A stretch of DNA of 64,000 nucleotides from an uncultured Dehalococcoidia bacterium (GTDB taxonomy: Bacteria; Chloroflexota; Dehalococcoidia; DSTF01; JACRBR01), in contig CAYWOO010000192.1 in NCBI GenBank assembly GCA_964458665.1, positions 6,984 through 70,983 on the forward strand, given 5' to 3'. Below the pieces are notes generated by a model. That model saw only the letters and a program-made list of their open reading frames with translations. It was not told the origin of the DNA and did not search any database. Shown piece by piece: positions 9,500 to 21,070 of this stretch. A program made the position numbers and the translations under genes. The stretch's first letter is position 1; every line of letters starts with the position of its first letter.

Positions 9500-10237
9500 C
9501 TAACCTCGCCGCTTCCGCCCCACCGACAGCAAATTCACCCGCGCGTTTTTCAGCGCCGTAAACCGATTCACCACGCGCTCGAACCCGACGCCGAGCGCGT
9601 ACGTCGCGGTGCTAAATGCAAGGTACTCCGGCTCCGTCTCGAACTGGAACAACTGCTCGACATCCATGCCGGCGTTGTCGTACAGCCAGCGCAGACGCGA
9701 CGCGGTGTTGGCGCGATACACCGTCGGGAAGATGTCGTGCACGTCGATGCCACGCCAGGAGTTGTAGCGCCGGTGGAATGAGTACGGCAGCAGCGCCGAG
9801 CTGATGGTCACGTAGTGCCAGCGGTTCGGCGTCAGGATCAGCAGCCGCCCGCCGGGTTTGAGCACGCGCGAAAGTTCGCCGAACACGCGCTCCGGCTGCG
9901 TCAGATGCTCCGCCACGTGGCTGGAGATGGCGATATCGAACGTGGCGTCGCGAAATGGCAGCGCACCCAGGTCGGCGCGCGCTGCGGCGTCGATGTTCCG
10001 GTTGCCATGCGATTCTTCGGTGACGTCGACGCCGACGATGAGGCGCGGCTTCTGGACGTCGTCGAAGTGATACTGAAAGACGCGGCCGCTGCCGCAGCCG
10101 GCATCAAGCATCGTGTCGCCCGCGCGCACGTAGTCGTGGATGACGTCGGAGAAACGGTCGTACATGCCGCGGAACTGCGGTGGGTAGAACCGTTCGCGCA
10201 GCTCTGTCTTGCGGAAGCGAAGGATTGGCATCGTCAC
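9500..10237 (-). CDS. Class I SAM-dependent methyltransferase
   Basis: LDAGCGSGRV motif I and LKPGGRLLILTPN. The GTG start overlaps the upstream stop (GTGA). An alternative ATG lies at 10231. Confidence 0.8.
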   Translation of the reverse strand: MTMPILRFRKTELRERFYPPQFRGMYDRFSDVIHDYVRAGDTMLDAGCGSGRVFQYHFDDVQKPRLIVGVDVTEESHGNRNIDAAARADLGALPFRDATFDIAISSHVAEHLTQPERVFGELSRVLKPGGRLLILTPNRWHYVTISSALLPYSFHRRYNSWRGIDVHDIFPTVYRANTASRLRWLYDNAGMDVEQLFQFETEPEYLAFSTATYALGVGFERVVNRFTALKNARVNLLSVGRKRRG

Positions 10238-10626
10238 GCCGGCCAGGCGTAGACGAGCGCCACCACGACCGGTGTGGCGGCAAGGGCAGCGAGCGCGAGC
10301 GCCAGTCGCGGTGCCGGCAGGTTGCGGTGGCGTTCCACATGAAGCAACAGCGCGCCATCAGGCTGCATCAGCGGCCTCCGCAGCGGCCGCGTTCCCCGAG
10401 AAGGGCGCAGCGTCCGCCCCAGGTCGCCCGCATCGCCCAGTTCACGCAGCGCCCGCGTCACGGCATCCATCGCGGTAACGCCGCCAACAACCAGCTCGCG
10501 CGCGGCGTCGCGAAGATGCGCCCGTAGTTCGTCGCGCACAGCCTGCTGCTCCGAAAACGACCCACCCATCGCCCAGCACACCTCGTTGAGGTAGCCGTCG
10601 ACGTCGACGTCCTCGCGATCATTCAT
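10234..10626 (-). CDS. PadR-associated membrane-anchored protein (DUF1700/HAAS-like)
   Basis: Trimmed to the ATG at 10626, which overlaps the PadR stop (ATGA). YLNEVCWAMGG...QQAVRDELRAHL is followed by a C-terminal TM helix. Confidence 0.6.
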   Translation of the reverse strand: MNDREDVDVDGYLNEVCWAMGGSFSEQQAVRDELRAHLRDAARELVVGGVTAMDAVTRALRELGDAGDLGRTLRPSRGTRPLRRPLMQPDGALLLHVERHRNLPAPRLALALAALAATPVVVALVYAWPA

Positions 10627-10988
10627 CGCGCGGTTCCCTTCGTGGCGAGGACCTTCGCCATCGCTATGGAGAATGCCGTCCATTCGCTGCGCTTCGCGCG
10701 CAGTTCGCCCAGCCCGGACTTCGTGATCGCGTAACGCTTGCGGCTCGGCGTGCCGGTGCTCTGCTCCCACTCACCCAGGATAAGGCCCCGGTCTTCGAGT
10801 CGATGGAGGATCGGATACAGGACGCCCTGGCCGAGCTGGAGCGCGTCGTCGCTGCGGCGTCGCATCTCCTTCGCGATCTGGTAGCCGTGGAGCGGCCCCT
10901 CGGCCAGAATTGCCAGCACGACCGTCGCGGTATTGCCTTTCAGCAGTTCGCGGTCGAAGCGCGCAAGGGGTTCTGGCGAGCGTGGCAT
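10623..10988 (-). CDS. PadR family transcriptional regulator
   Basis: 121 aa: LKGNTATVVLAILAEGPLHGYQIAKEM...GVLYPILHRLEDRGLI. Confidence 0.9.
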   Translation of the reverse strand: MPRSPEPLARFDRELLKGNTATVVLAILAEGPLHGYQIAKEMRRRSDDALQLGQGVLYPILHRLEDRGLILGEWEQSTGTPSRKRYAITKSGLGELRAKRSEWTAFSIAMAKVLATKGTAR

Positions 10989-11005
10989 CGTCTACAACCT
11001 ACCAG

Positions 11006-11653
11006 CTACGACGGCAGCGTCCACGGGACGGCGCGGCGCGGATTGTCCGTGCCACCGCTCATGATCGCCCCGCTCTGCACGGTGACGTCGCCGTTCGCTG
11101 CCACTTCGACCTGCATCGTATCCATCGACCGCGATGCGGGGCCGAACACGCGCACGCCCGCTTTCGTGTAGGTCGAGCCGTGACAGTTGCAGTTGAACCA
11201 GCCGCGTCGGCCCAACTCGTCCGCGGGCGCCACGAAGTCATTCTTCCACGGCACGGTGCAACCGAGATGGGGACACTTCCACCACAACGCCAGCAGCCCG
11301 CCATCGGTGGCGGTATGATCGCCGCCGATGCGGCCTTCGTTGGCATCGAGGTTGACGAGGAGGAAGTGACCTTCGAGGTTCTGTTTCGGTGCGGCGCCCG
11401 GTAGCGGAATAGCATGCGCTTTCACCGTCACAGGCCCGCCGAAGCCGCCGATCCCGCGCGGATACAGGCTGTTGAGGACGCCTGCTCCGGCCGCAACGAC
11501 GAGCGCACCGAGCGACGTCCAAAAGCCGAGCTTCAACACGCTTCGTCTGCTGAGCCGCGGCACCCGGGCCGACCCGGCGCCTGCTTCGACGACTGCCACC
11601 CCTTCGGTCCGTACGATTTCGCTGCACCACGTGGCACCTCGCGCCTGCTTCAT
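11006..11653 (-). CDS. Rieske [2Fe-2S] protein with Tat-type signal
   Basis: RRSVLKLGFW twin-arginine region. Rieske boxes CPHLGC and CNCHGS. The start codon is uncertain. Confidence 0.8.
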   Translation of the reverse strand: MKQARGATWCSEIVRTEGVAVVEAGAGSARVPRLSRRSVLKLGFWTSLGALVVAAGAGVLNSLYPRGIGGFGGPVTVKAHAIPLPGAAPKQNLEGHFLLVNLDANEGRIGGDHTATDGGLLALWWKCPHLGCTVPWKNDFVAPADELGRRGWFNCNCHGSTYTKAGVRVFGPASRSMDTMQVEVAANGDVTVQSGAIMSGGTDNPRRAVPWTLPS

Positions 11654-11739
11654 GCATATGTAGTATATCTAGCTATACCGCTCTCGCAAGTGCCTCGGCT
11701 AGGCATGGGCCGAATGGCGTCGCCACGTACGCCTCCCGT

Positions 11740-11845
11740 TTGTCGCGTATCCGTGAGGCCTGATATACTGCGCGGGGTAGTGAACCGAGAGAAACCGGAC
11801 CTGGGGCCGTAACGGCCTCAAATTTATGTCCGGGAGGATTGTGAT
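11740..11845 (+). promoter_or_regulatory. Candidate rpsB promoter plus structured leader
   Basis: TTGTCG at 11740..11745, an 18-nt spacer, then TATACT at 11764..11769. In the leader, CCGGAC (11795..11800) can pair with GTCCGG (11828..11833). That stem encloses a GGCCG-TAA-CGGCC hairpin and overlaps the GGGAGG Shine-Dalgarno. Confidence 0.35.
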
Positions 11846-12685
11846 ATGACGAATGCCGCCCCTGTCTCCACCGTATCCATGAAGGCGCTCCTCGAAGCGG
11901 GCGTTCACTTCGGGCACCAGACGCATCGCTGGGACCCGCGGATGAAGCAGTACATCTTCACCGAGCGCAACAAGATCCACATCATCGACCTCCAGCAGAC
12001 CGTACCCCTCTTGAAGCGGGCGATGGACTTCGCCCGTGCGATCGCGTCACGCGGTGAAACGATCATCTTCGTCGGCACCAAGAAGCAGGCGCAGGAGTCG
12101 ATCGAGACGGAGGCGACACGCTGCGGCATGCCGTACGTCACGAATCGCTGGCTCGGCGGCACCCTGACCAACTTCCAGACGATGGAGAGCCGCATCGACC
12201 ACCTCATCCGCCTCGAGGACCGTCGCGACCGCGGCGAGCTTGGCCTGCTGATCAAGAAGGAAGCCGGCAAGCTCATGGAAGAGATCGAGAAGATGAACCG
12301 CTACTTCGGCGGCATCAAGACGATGAAACGGCTGCCGGCCGCGCTGTTCATCGTCGACCCGCCGATGGAGCGCATCGCCGTCACAGAAGCGCTGCGCCTG
12401 CGCATCCCGATCATCGCGATGTGCGACACGAACTCGAATCCAGATGAGGTCGATTACCCCATCCCCGCGAACGACGATGCGATCCGCGCCGTCAAGCTCA
12501 TCGCCAGCAAGATCGCCGATGCGGCGCTGGAGGGGCGGAACCTCCAGGGCTACGCGGCCGAAGCGGACGATACCGATGGCCTCGACATGGCGTCGATTGC
12601 CAGCGGCACGTTCTCGGCTTCGCCGGACGATCCGGAGCCCGCGAAGGTGAGCTACGCCGAGCAGGAGTCCGCACCGCAGGCGTAG
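11846..12685 (+). CDS. rpsB: 30S ribosomal protein S2
   Basis: [24 protein letters not shown]... is the canonical S2 sequence. 279 aa with an acidic C-terminal tail. Confidence 0.95.
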   Translation: MTNAAPVSTVSMKALLEAGVHFGHQTHRWDPRMKQYIFTERNKIHIIDLQQTVPLLKRAMDFARAIASRGETIIFVGTKKQAQESIETEATRCGMPYVTNRWLGGTLTNFQTMESRIDHLIRLEDRRDRGELGLLIKKEAGKLMEEIEKMNRYFGGIKTMKRLPAALFIVDPPMERIAVTEALRLRIPIIAMCDTNSNPDEVDYPIPANDDAIRAVKLIASKIADAALEGRNLQGYAAEADDTDGLDMASIASGTFSASPDDPEPAKVSYAEQESAPQA

Positions 12686-12730
12686 TCCGCCGCGCAGCAT
12701 CAACCAGGCATCGAAGAGAGGACGACCGAC

Positions 12731-13991
<1,261 letters not shown>

Positions 13992-14072
13992 GCGCATCCG
14001 CAATGCACAGCTGGCATCTCGCCATACCTGCGCGTGCGGTACCATAAGCCCGTTTGGAGGAGTCGCCAGCAG

Positions 14073-14630
14073 ATGATCGACGGGGTCTTGAACGACGCGG
14101 AACACCGGATGCAGAGCGCGGTCGGCGCGCTGGATCGCGACCTGGAGACGGTGCGCACGGGCCGCGCGCGGCCGTCGCTCGTCGAGTCGCTGAAGGTCGA
14201 CTACTATGGCACGCCAACGCCGCTGAACCAGATGTCGGCAATCAATTCGCCTGAGCCGCGCCTCATTACCATCCAGCCGTGGGACAAGACACTGCTTGGC
14301 GCCATCGAGAAGGCGATCCAGAAGTCGGATCTGGGGCTAACGCCCACGAACGACGGCAACATCATTCGTCTCGTCGTCCCTGCGCTGACGGAGGATCGGC
14401 GCAAGGAACTCGCGAAGACCGTGCACAAGAAGGCGGAGGAAGCGCGTATCGCCGTCCGCAACGTGCGGCGCGATTCCCTGGATCACCTGCGCAAGGCACA
14501 ACACGACAAGAGCATCACCGACGACGACGAGCGCGGCGCGCAGGCGCGGCTCCAGAAGATCACCGACAAGTACGTCGCGGAAGTCGACAAGCACGGGCAC
14601 GCGAAGGAACAAGAGCTGCTCGAAGTGTAG
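14073..14630 (+). CDS. frr: Ribosome recycling factor
   Basis: Trimmed to the ATG at 14073, after GGAGGAG. LETVRTGRARPSLVESLKVDYYG...ITIQPWDK. Confidence 0.95.
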   Translation: MIDGVLNDAEHRMQSAVGALDRDLETVRTGRARPSLVESLKVDYYGTPTPLNQMSAINSPEPRLITIQPWDKTLLGAIEKAIQKSDLGLTPTNDGNIIRLVVPALTEDRRKELAKTVHKKAEEARIAVRNVRRDSLDHLRKAQHDKSITDDDERGAQARLQKITDKYVAEVDKHGHAKEQELLEV

Positions 14631-14686
14631 GCGCGGGCAGGCGAGACGCCCGGGCCGGGCGCGCTTCCGCGACAGATTGAACCAAC

Positions 14687-15532
14687 GTGCGACTACGTCA
14701 GAAAGCCAAACCCGCCAGCAACGGTCACATTCCAAACGGAGTGGTGCCCTCCGACGCGATCGCGCCCATCACTGCGGCCGAAAAAAGGCGTGCATCCCCG
14801 GTTCCCGTCCCGCGGCACGTAGCGCTGATCATGGACGGCAACGGCCGCTGGGCGAAGCAGCGCGGACTGTCGCGTCAGGCCGGGCATCGTGCTGGCACCG
14901 AGAACATCCGCCGCATCATCCAGGCGTTCGGCGAGCGCGGCGTCGAAGTGCTCACGCTGTACGCATTCTCGACCGAGAACTGGACGCGGCCGCGGCGCGA
15001 GGTGTCGGCGCTGATGCGGCTCATCCCGCGCGTAATCAGCCGCGAGATTAATGAGCTGCACAAGAACGGCGTCCGCCTCGTCCACATCGGCCGGCTGGAC
15101 CCGCTGGAGCCGAAGATCCGCGAGAAGGTCGAGCAAGCGATCGAGCTGACGAAGGACAACGACCGTATGACGGTCGCTCTCGCATTCAACTACGGCGGCC
15201 GTGACGAGATCGTTGATGCGGTCCAGCGGATCGTCGCCGATCGCGTGAAGCCGGAGCGTATCGACGGAGCGCTGTTCTCGTCGTATCTGTACACAGCAGG
15301 AATCGGCGATCCGGACATCGTCATCCGCACCGCGGGCGAGATGCGGCTGTCGAACTTCCTGCTGTGGCAGTCGGCCTACGCGGAGTTCTACGCGACGCCC
15401 GCCCTCTGGCCCGACTTCGACGAATCGGAGATCGACCGCGCGCTCGATGCGTATGCGCACCGGGAGCGCCGCTACGGCGGCATCGAGGCCGTTGCGCCCG
15501 CGAACGGCGCGCGCCCTCGCGCGCACAAGTGA
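14687..15532 (+). CDS. uppS: Undecaprenyl (isoprenyl) diphosphate synthase
   Basis: HVALIMDGNGRWAKQRGL...FSTENWTRP...LLWQSAYAEFY. The N-terminus is unusually long. Alternative GTG starts near 14741/14744 are possible. Confidence 0.9.
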   Translation: MRLRQKAKPASNGHIPNGVVPSDAIAPITAAEKRRASPVPVPRHVALIMDGNGRWAKQRGLSRQAGHRAGTENIRRIIQAFGERGVEVLTLYAFSTENWTRPRREVSALMRLIPRVISREINELHKNGVRLVHIGRLDPLEPKIREKVEQAIELTKDNDRMTVALAFNYGGRDEIVDAVQRIVADRVKPERIDGALFSSYLYTAGIGDPDIVIRTAGEMRLSNFLLWQSAYAEFYATPALWPDFDESEIDRALDAYAHRERRYGGIEAVAPANGARPRAHK

Positions 15533-16323
15533 GCCCACTCGCCCAGCGCGTCGCAAGCGCGGTCGTCGGCGTGCCCATCATCATCGGACTCATCTATCTC
15601 GGCGGTACCTGGTACGTCGCGGCCGTCGCGATCGCACTCGCCGTGGCATCGACCGAGTTCAACCACGCACGCCGCGACTGGCTCGATCCCGTGTGCGTCT
15701 TAACAGCGCTCCTCGTCGCCGGCGTCGCCGTCGGCGCGCACACCGGCGACTATCGCTGGTACGTGTGGCTCGGCGCAGCACTCGTCATCCCGCCGATCGC
15801 GGCGGCGCTCTCCCCCACCGACAACGGCGCGCTCGACGACGTGGCGTGGATCGCCTTCGGCGTCACCTACGTCGGCATCCTCGGCAGCTTCCTCGTCCAG
15901 CTCCGCGACGTCGACTTCGATGGCCGCTCATGGGTGTACCTGACCGTGCTGAGCACATTCGCCGTCGACACCGCTGCGTTCTTCACAGGCCGCGCCATCG
16001 GTCGCCGCCTGCTCGCGCCCAGCATCAGCCCGAAGAAGACATGGGAGGGCTTCGTTGGCGGCTGGGGCGCAGGCTTCGCCGCGGTCGTGACGTTGGGCAT
16101 CGCCTTCGACCTCACGAACGAGCCGTTGAAGCTCGGACTCCTCGCGCTGCTGCTGCCGCCCGTAGCCGCCTTCGGCGATCTCGCGGAATCCGCTATGAAA
16201 CGCCGCATGCACATCAAGGACGCCAGCGAACTGATCCCCGGCCACGGCGGCGTCCTCGACCGCCTCGACTCCATCCTCTTCACCTTCGCCCTGGTCTACG
16301 TCTTCACCCAAGTTGTGTTCTGA
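15529..16323 (+). CDS. cdsA: Phosphatidate cytidylyltransferase
   Basis: GTG at 15529 overlaps the uppS stop (GTGA). Multi-TM protein with the C-terminal KRRMHIKDASELIPGHGGVLDRLDS signature. Confidence 0.9.
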   Translation: MSPLAQRVASAVVGVPIIIGLIYLGGTWYVAAVAIALAVASTEFNHARRDWLDPVCVLTALLVAGVAVGAHTGDYRWYVWLGAALVIPPIAAALSPTDNGALDDVAWIAFGVTYVGILGSFLVQLRDVDFDGRSWVYLTVLSTFAVDTAAFFTGRAIGRRLLAPSISPKKTWEGFVGGWGAGFAAVVTLGIAFDLTNEPLKLGLLALLLPPVAAFGDLAESAMKRRMHIKDASELIPGHGGVLDRLDSILFTFALVYVFTQVVF

Positions 16324-16630
16324 GTTCCGCTGCGGCTCACGCGCGAACCCCCATTTCGGAGCGCGGGCGTTCAGCCCGCGCGTTCTCTGTCGCGGTTACG
16401 TCTTGGACGTCGCATATTGTGGTCGCACGAGCGCGGGCGCAACGGGTTGCGCCCCTACAGCACTTCGCGAACTTCCGCCCCTTCGTGGCCTTGGTGCTCT
16501 TCGTGGATCGCCCCTCTCCTCCCCCTCGTGCTCCTTCGTGTCCTTCGTGGTTCCCATCGCCCATGCCGGAACTGCATACACTCATGAGCGAACAGGCGCG
16601 CGGACAGAAGCCATGTGGTACGGTGATCGC

Positions 16631-17806
16631 ATGACCGCACCCGCAAAGGGCGTCGCGATTCTGGGCTCCACGGGCTCGATCGGGCGCCAGACGCTCGATG
16701 TGATCCGCCAGCTTCCCGGCCACTTCCGCATCGTCGCCCTCGCCGGCGGCACCAACCACACCCTCCTCGAAGATCAATCGCGCGAATTCCACCCGGACTT
16801 CGTCTGGTGCCAGAACGCCGGACGCAATATGGACCTCAAGGCCGCAGCCGGCAGAAAGACCCGCTGGGCGACAATGGAGGAGATGGCGGCGCATCCTAGC
16901 GTCGACATCGTCGTCGTCGGCACGGCGGGCGCGGCGGGCCTCGAGCCGACGATCGCGGCACTGCGTGCCGGCAAAGCTGTTGCGCTGGCCAACAAGGAAG
17001 TGTTGGTGATGGCCGGCGCAATCGTGACGCGCGAAGCGGAGCACGGCCGCGGCGAACTGCGGCCGGTCGATAGCGAGCACAGCGCCATCTGGCAGTGTCT
17101 CTGGGGCGAAGACATCGCGACCGTCGAGAAGCTGATCCTCACCGCGTCCGGCGGCGCGTTTCGCGACATGCCCGTGCGCGATCTCGATCGCGTCACGCCG
17201 CGCGATGCGCTGCGCCACCCGACGTGGGATATGGGCCGCAAGATCACGATCGATTCGGCGACGCTGATGAACAAGGGCTTCGAAGCGATCGAGGCGCGCT
17301 GGCTGTTTAACGTACCGATGGACCGCATCGAGATCGTGATGCACCGCGAAAGCATCGTGCACTCGCTCGTCGAGTACACGGACGGCAGCGTGAAGGCGCA
17401 ACTCGGCGAGCCGGACATGCGCCTGCCGATCCAGTGCGCACTCAGCTACCCGGAGCGCGTCGCCAGCGCCGGTGTCCCGAGGCTGAACCTGGCGCGCGCG
17501 AAGACGCTCAACTTCGGCGAAGTCGACCTCGGGCGCTACCCGTGCCTGCGGCTGGCGCTGGAGGCGGGCGCCAAAGGTGGCACATGGACGGCAGTGCTGG
17601 CTGCGGCCGACGAGGTGGCGGTCGAGCAGTTCGCGCTCGGCGCCATCGGCTTCACGGACATCCCTAAGGTGGTGGATTCGACACTATCGGCCCATTCCGG
17701 CGCGGTCGATCCTTCCCTGGAGGCCGTGCTCGAATCTGACGCATGGGCGCGCGCCTTCGCCCTGGACAGGGTTCGCGCCAAGCAACCAGTCGCCCGCGCG
17801 CGATGA
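16631..17806 (+). CDS. dxr: 1-deoxy-D-xylulose 5-phosphate reductoisomerase
   Basis: Trimmed to the ATG at 16631. VAILGSTGSIGRQTLDV...LANKE...DSEHSAIWQC...LTASGGAFR. Confidence 0.95.
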   Translation: MTAPAKGVAILGSTGSIGRQTLDVIRQLPGHFRIVALAGGTNHTLLEDQSREFHPDFVWCQNAGRNMDLKAAAGRKTRWATMEEMAAHPSVDIVVVGTAGAAGLEPTIAALRAGKAVALANKEVLVMAGAIVTREAEHGRGELRPVDSEHSAIWQCLWGEDIATVEKLILTASGGAFRDMPVRDLDRVTPRDALRHPTWDMGRKITIDSATLMNKGFEAIEARWLFNVPMDRIEIVMHRESIVHSLVEYTDGSVKAQLGEPDMRLPIQCALSYPERVASAGVPRLNLARAKTLNFGEVDLGRYPCLRLALEAGAKGGTWTAVLAAADEVAVEQFALGAIGFTDIPKVVDSTLSAHSGAVDPSLEAVLESDAWARAFALDRVRAKQPVARAR

Positions 17807-17870
17807 ACCATGATCGGCAATCGAACGTAGATGCAGGTGAGCCCCGCACGCACGGGGCGGGCGAGGCATA

Positions 17871-19247
17871 GTGGTCGTACTGACGGAATCCATCCTGCCG
17901 TTCTTCGGCATCCTCCTGGGCTTGCTCGTCGTGCACGAGGCAGGTCACTTCATCACCGCGAAGATGTTCGGCGTGAAAGTGCTGGAGGCCGGTATCGGCC
18001 TTCCGCCGCGCATCGCCGGGTTCAAATGGCGAGGAACAGACTATACGATCAATGCCATCCCGATGGGCGCGTTCGTCCGCATGCTGGGCGAAGAAGATCC
18101 GGGCGACCCGCGGAGCCTCGCCGCGCAGGCGAAGTGGAAGCGCACGGTGATCATCGGCGCCGGCGTCTTCATGAACCTCATCCTGGCGATCATCCTCTTC
18201 AGCGCCGGGCTGATGATCCCACACAACGTCTCCGTAGCGGGCGCGCAGATCGTCGATGTCGTGCCGAACAGTCCGTCCAGCAATTCAGACCTCCGGGCAG
18301 GCGATCAAATCCTCGAGGTGAACGGGCGCCACGTTGAGAGCCAGCAGGATGCATCGTACTTCCTGCGCCTATACCAGGGCTCGAACATCAATCTCAAGAT
18401 CAAACGCACGGATCCGAAGACGGGGCCAGAGGTCATTTCGAAGTCTGTGTATTCGCGCTGGAACCCGAAGTCGTACAACGACGAGTGCGGGGTCGAGCGA
18501 TCGCAGGGACCGATCGGCATCTCGGTTGGACCGGCGCACTCGAGTCCTTACACGACCACCGCGGCAGAACGCGCAACGATCGAGGCACAATCAGAGAAGG
18601 GCTTCGCGGACTACAAGAGTCATATTGCGCCCGACGCGCCGGCATGGTGCTTCGGAGGCTCGGCGTTTGGCTTCCGCGGGCTCACCGCGGCGCAGTGCAG
18701 CGCGCTGGAGCCGGCCGACAAGGCGGCAGCCGAAGCACGGAAGGCAAGGCTATTCGCCAAGACCGACTTCGCCTGTCACGAGTTCCCTGCGCAGACTGGA
18801 TACATCGTTCCGATAGAGCGGCAGGCGGAGCCGCCATGGGAGGCAGTACCGGGTGCGACTCGCCTCAGCTTTGAATCACTGATCCTTGCCCGAAACCAGA
18901 TCTGGGGTGTGATTCGGGGCTTCGGTGATTCTCCGTTCACGGGTCCAGTAGGCATCGCGCAGGCCACGGGCGAGGTGGTGGACCAAGCCGGCTGGCTTTC
19001 GCTGCTGAACTTCGCTGCCTTGATCAGCATGAGCCTGGCGATGCTGAATGCGTTGCCGATCCCGATGGTCGATGGCGGGCGGCTCGCGTTCATCCTCGCC
19101 GAGTTCGTACGGCGCGGAAAACGCGTCGCGCCAGAGAAGGAAGCGCTGGTACACTTAGCCGGATTCGCCGTGATGCTGCTATTCGCCGCCGTGATCACGT
19201 TCTTTGACATATCACGGATCGTCAACGGAGAGAGCCTGCTGAAATGA
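17871..19247 (+). CDS. rseP: M50 site-2 protease (RseP family) with PDZ domain
   Basis: HEAGHF (HExxH) lies in the first TM region. PDZ-like segment VVPNSPSSNSDLRAGDQILEVNG. C-terminal LNALPIPMVDGG motif. Confidence 0.85.
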   Translation: MVVLTESILPFFGILLGLLVVHEAGHFITAKMFGVKVLEAGIGLPPRIAGFKWRGTDYTINAIPMGAFVRMLGEEDPGDPRSLAAQAKWKRTVIIGAGVFMNLILAIILFSAGLMIPHNVSVAGAQIVDVVPNSPSSNSDLRAGDQILEVNGRHVESQQDASYFLRLYQGSNINLKIKRTDPKTGPEVISKSVYSRWNPKSYNDECGVERSQGPIGISVGPAHSSPYTTTAAERATIEAQSEKGFADYKSHIAPDAPAWCFGGSAFGFRGLTAAQCSALEPADKAAAEARKARLFAKTDFACHEFPAQTGYIVPIERQAEPPWEAVPGATRLSFESLILARNQIWGVIRGFGDSPFTGPVGIAQATGEVVDQAGWLSLLNFAALISMSLAMLNALPIPMVDGGRLAFILAEFVRRGKRVAPEKEALVHLAGFAVMLLFAAVITFFDISRIVNGESLLK

Positions 19248-20392
19248 TGAGCCCTCGACGCAAGTCCAAGCCTGTATTCGTGCGCGATGTCCAGATCGGC
19301 GGCGACGCACCTGTCGCCGTGCAGTCGATGTGCTCGACGATTACGGAGAACGTCGATGCGACGGTCGCGCAGCTCGACCAGCTCAAGGAAGCGGGCTGCG
19401 ACGTCGTGCGCATCGCCATCCCCGACAGGGCCGCGGCGGATGCGGTGCCGGAGATCGTCAAGCGCACGCCGCTGCCGATCATCGCCGACATTCACTTCGA
19501 CTACCGCTGGGCGCTGGCAGCGATCCGCGGCGGTTTCGACGGGCTGCGGCTGAACCCAGGCAACATCCGCGACGCCGAAAAGGTGAAGCAGGTGGCGCGC
19601 GAGGCGAAAGAGCGCAACATGTCGATCCGAATCGGCGTCAACGCCGGATCCCTGCCGCCGATCCGCGCGCTCGCTGAGGGTGAGCTGCCGCCGTCGCTGC
19701 CGGACCGCATGGTCGAGGCAGCGATGTGGGAGATTAAGGTCCTGAACGAGGCCGACTTCGACGACATCAAGATATCGATGAAGGCGTTCGACGTACCGAC
19801 GATGGTGGAGGCGTATCGCCGGCTCGCTCCGCTCGTGCCGTACCCGCTGCACCTCGGGGTCACCGAGGCGGGCACGCCACGCGCGGGCTCCGTCCGCAGC
19901 GCTATCGGTATCGGCATCCTGCTTTCGGAGGGCATCGGCGATACGATCCGCGTCTCGCTCGCGGCGGATCCGGTGGAAGAAGTGCCCATCTGCTGGGACA
20001 TCCTCAACACATTGAACCTGCGCAAACGCGGCGCGACGCTCGTCGCGTGCCCAACGTGCGGCCGCATCGAGATCGAACTGATCCCGCTGGCGAACAAAGT
20101 CGAGGAGCACTTCACCAAGCGCGGCAAGATCCTCACGGTCGCGGTGATGGGCTGCGTCGTCAACGGGCCGGGTGAAGCGAAGATGGCCGACCTGGGTATC
20201 GCCGGCGGCAAAGGCCGCGGCGTCATCTTCCGCAAAGGCGAGATCGTCAAGACGGTCGACGAGCCGGAGTTCATGAGCGCGCTCATCGAAGAAGGCGAGA
20301 AGATCATCGCCGAGATGGAAGCCGGCACCTACACCGCCGTCAGCCACACCATGGACGACGTGATCCCGCTGATGGAAGTCCCCGGACGGTAG
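19244..20392 (+). CDS. ispG: 4-hydroxy-3-methylbut-2-en-1-yl diphosphate synthase
   Basis: VQIGGDAPVAVQSM...VRIAIPD...LVACPTCGR...MGCVVNGPGE. Confidence 0.95.
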   Translation: MMSPRRKSKPVFVRDVQIGGDAPVAVQSMCSTITENVDATVAQLDQLKEAGCDVVRIAIPDRAAADAVPEIVKRTPLPIIADIHFDYRWALAAIRGGFDGLRLNPGNIRDAEKVKQVAREAKERNMSIRIGVNAGSLPPIRALAEGELPPSLPDRMVEAAMWEIKVLNEADFDDIKISMKAFDVPTMVEAYRRLAPLVPYPLHLGVTEAGTPRAGSVRSAIGIGILLSEGIGDTIRVSLAADPVEEVPICWDILNTLNLRKRGATLVACPTCGRIEIELIPLANKVEEHFTKRGKILTVAVMGCVVNGPGEAKMADLGIAGGKGRGVIFRKGEIVKTVDEPEFMSALIEEGEKIIAEMEAGTYTAVSHTMDDVIPLMEVPGR

Positions 20393-20449
20393 CCTGCCGC
20401 CCGATTCGAACGTCAATCGTGGCGATCGCCGATTCGGTATGATGACGCG

Positions 20450-20686
20450 ATGGTTGTATCGAGGCGTCCAGCATCCAAGCCTCCACCGCACCGCGAAACG
20501 CTTGCGGAGAAGTTCGCACGGGTAATGGCGGAACCGCCGAGTACGCCAATCGGCAAGCTCACGAAACGCGAAGCGCGCTACTTCCTCAAGAAGCTCGCGG
20601 GAAGCGATCCCAACGCACCATCGGGAGAAGAGGTGATGCGCGACTTCTACGGAGATTGGTCTGAGGACGACGAGTCTCCTGCGTGA
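20450..20686 (+). CDS. Putative antitoxin (occupies the VapB position)
   Basis: 78-aa ORF whose stop overlaps the start of the downstream PIN gene. No recognisable DNA-binding motif. The start codon is uncertain. Confidence 0.4.
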   Translation: MVVSRRPASKPPPHRETLAEKFARVMAEPPSTPIGKLTKREARYFLKKLAGSDPNAPSGEEVMRDFYGDWSEDDESPA

Positions 20687-21069
20687 GATATCACCTCGAC
20701 ACGACGTTCCTTATTGACTGGCGAAAATCGACTCCCGGCATCGTTGTCTTACGCGGCGAGATTCTCGCTGGCGCACACGTTGTGTCGATCGACCCGATTG
20801 TTCAGACGGAGTTCTTTGCCGCACCGCGCATAGACCGGACATACGAGGTGGTGTATAGCGCAATTCTGAGCCTCGGGACGCTGATGCCATTGAGTCAAGA
20901 AGCCTCCATGCTCGCCGCGAGTTGGCTCGGGCCGATGGATCGCGCGCAACGCCGCGCTCGGTTTGCCGATGCGCTCATCGCGGCGGTTGCGTACCTTGAC
21001 GGCGCGACTCTGCTCACAAGTGATACGAAGATCGAGGGCGTATTCCCGGTCTCGGTTCGCGCGTACTAG
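20683..21069 (+). CDS. vapC: PIN-domain toxin (VapC family)
   Basis: 128 aa. Acidic residues have the PIN spacing (LDTTFLID, QTEFF, FADALIAA, LLTSD). Confidence 0.75.
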   Translation: MRYHLDTTFLIDWRKSTPGIVVLRGEILAGAHVVSIDPIVQTEFFAAPRIDRTYEVVYSAILSLGTLMPLSQEASMLAASWLGPMDRAQRRARFADALIAAVAYLDGATLLTSDTKIEGVFPVSVRAY

Positions 21070-21070
21070 T

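Noticed and set aside
16324-16630. Small ORFs and 'cttcgtgg'-type repeats between cdsA and dxr that might encode a peptide.
   Set aside because: The sequence is repeat-derived (ccttcgtgg/ctcttcgtgg iterations). ORFs on both strands are low-complexity and lack start-site signals. I treat it as intergenic repeat DNA.
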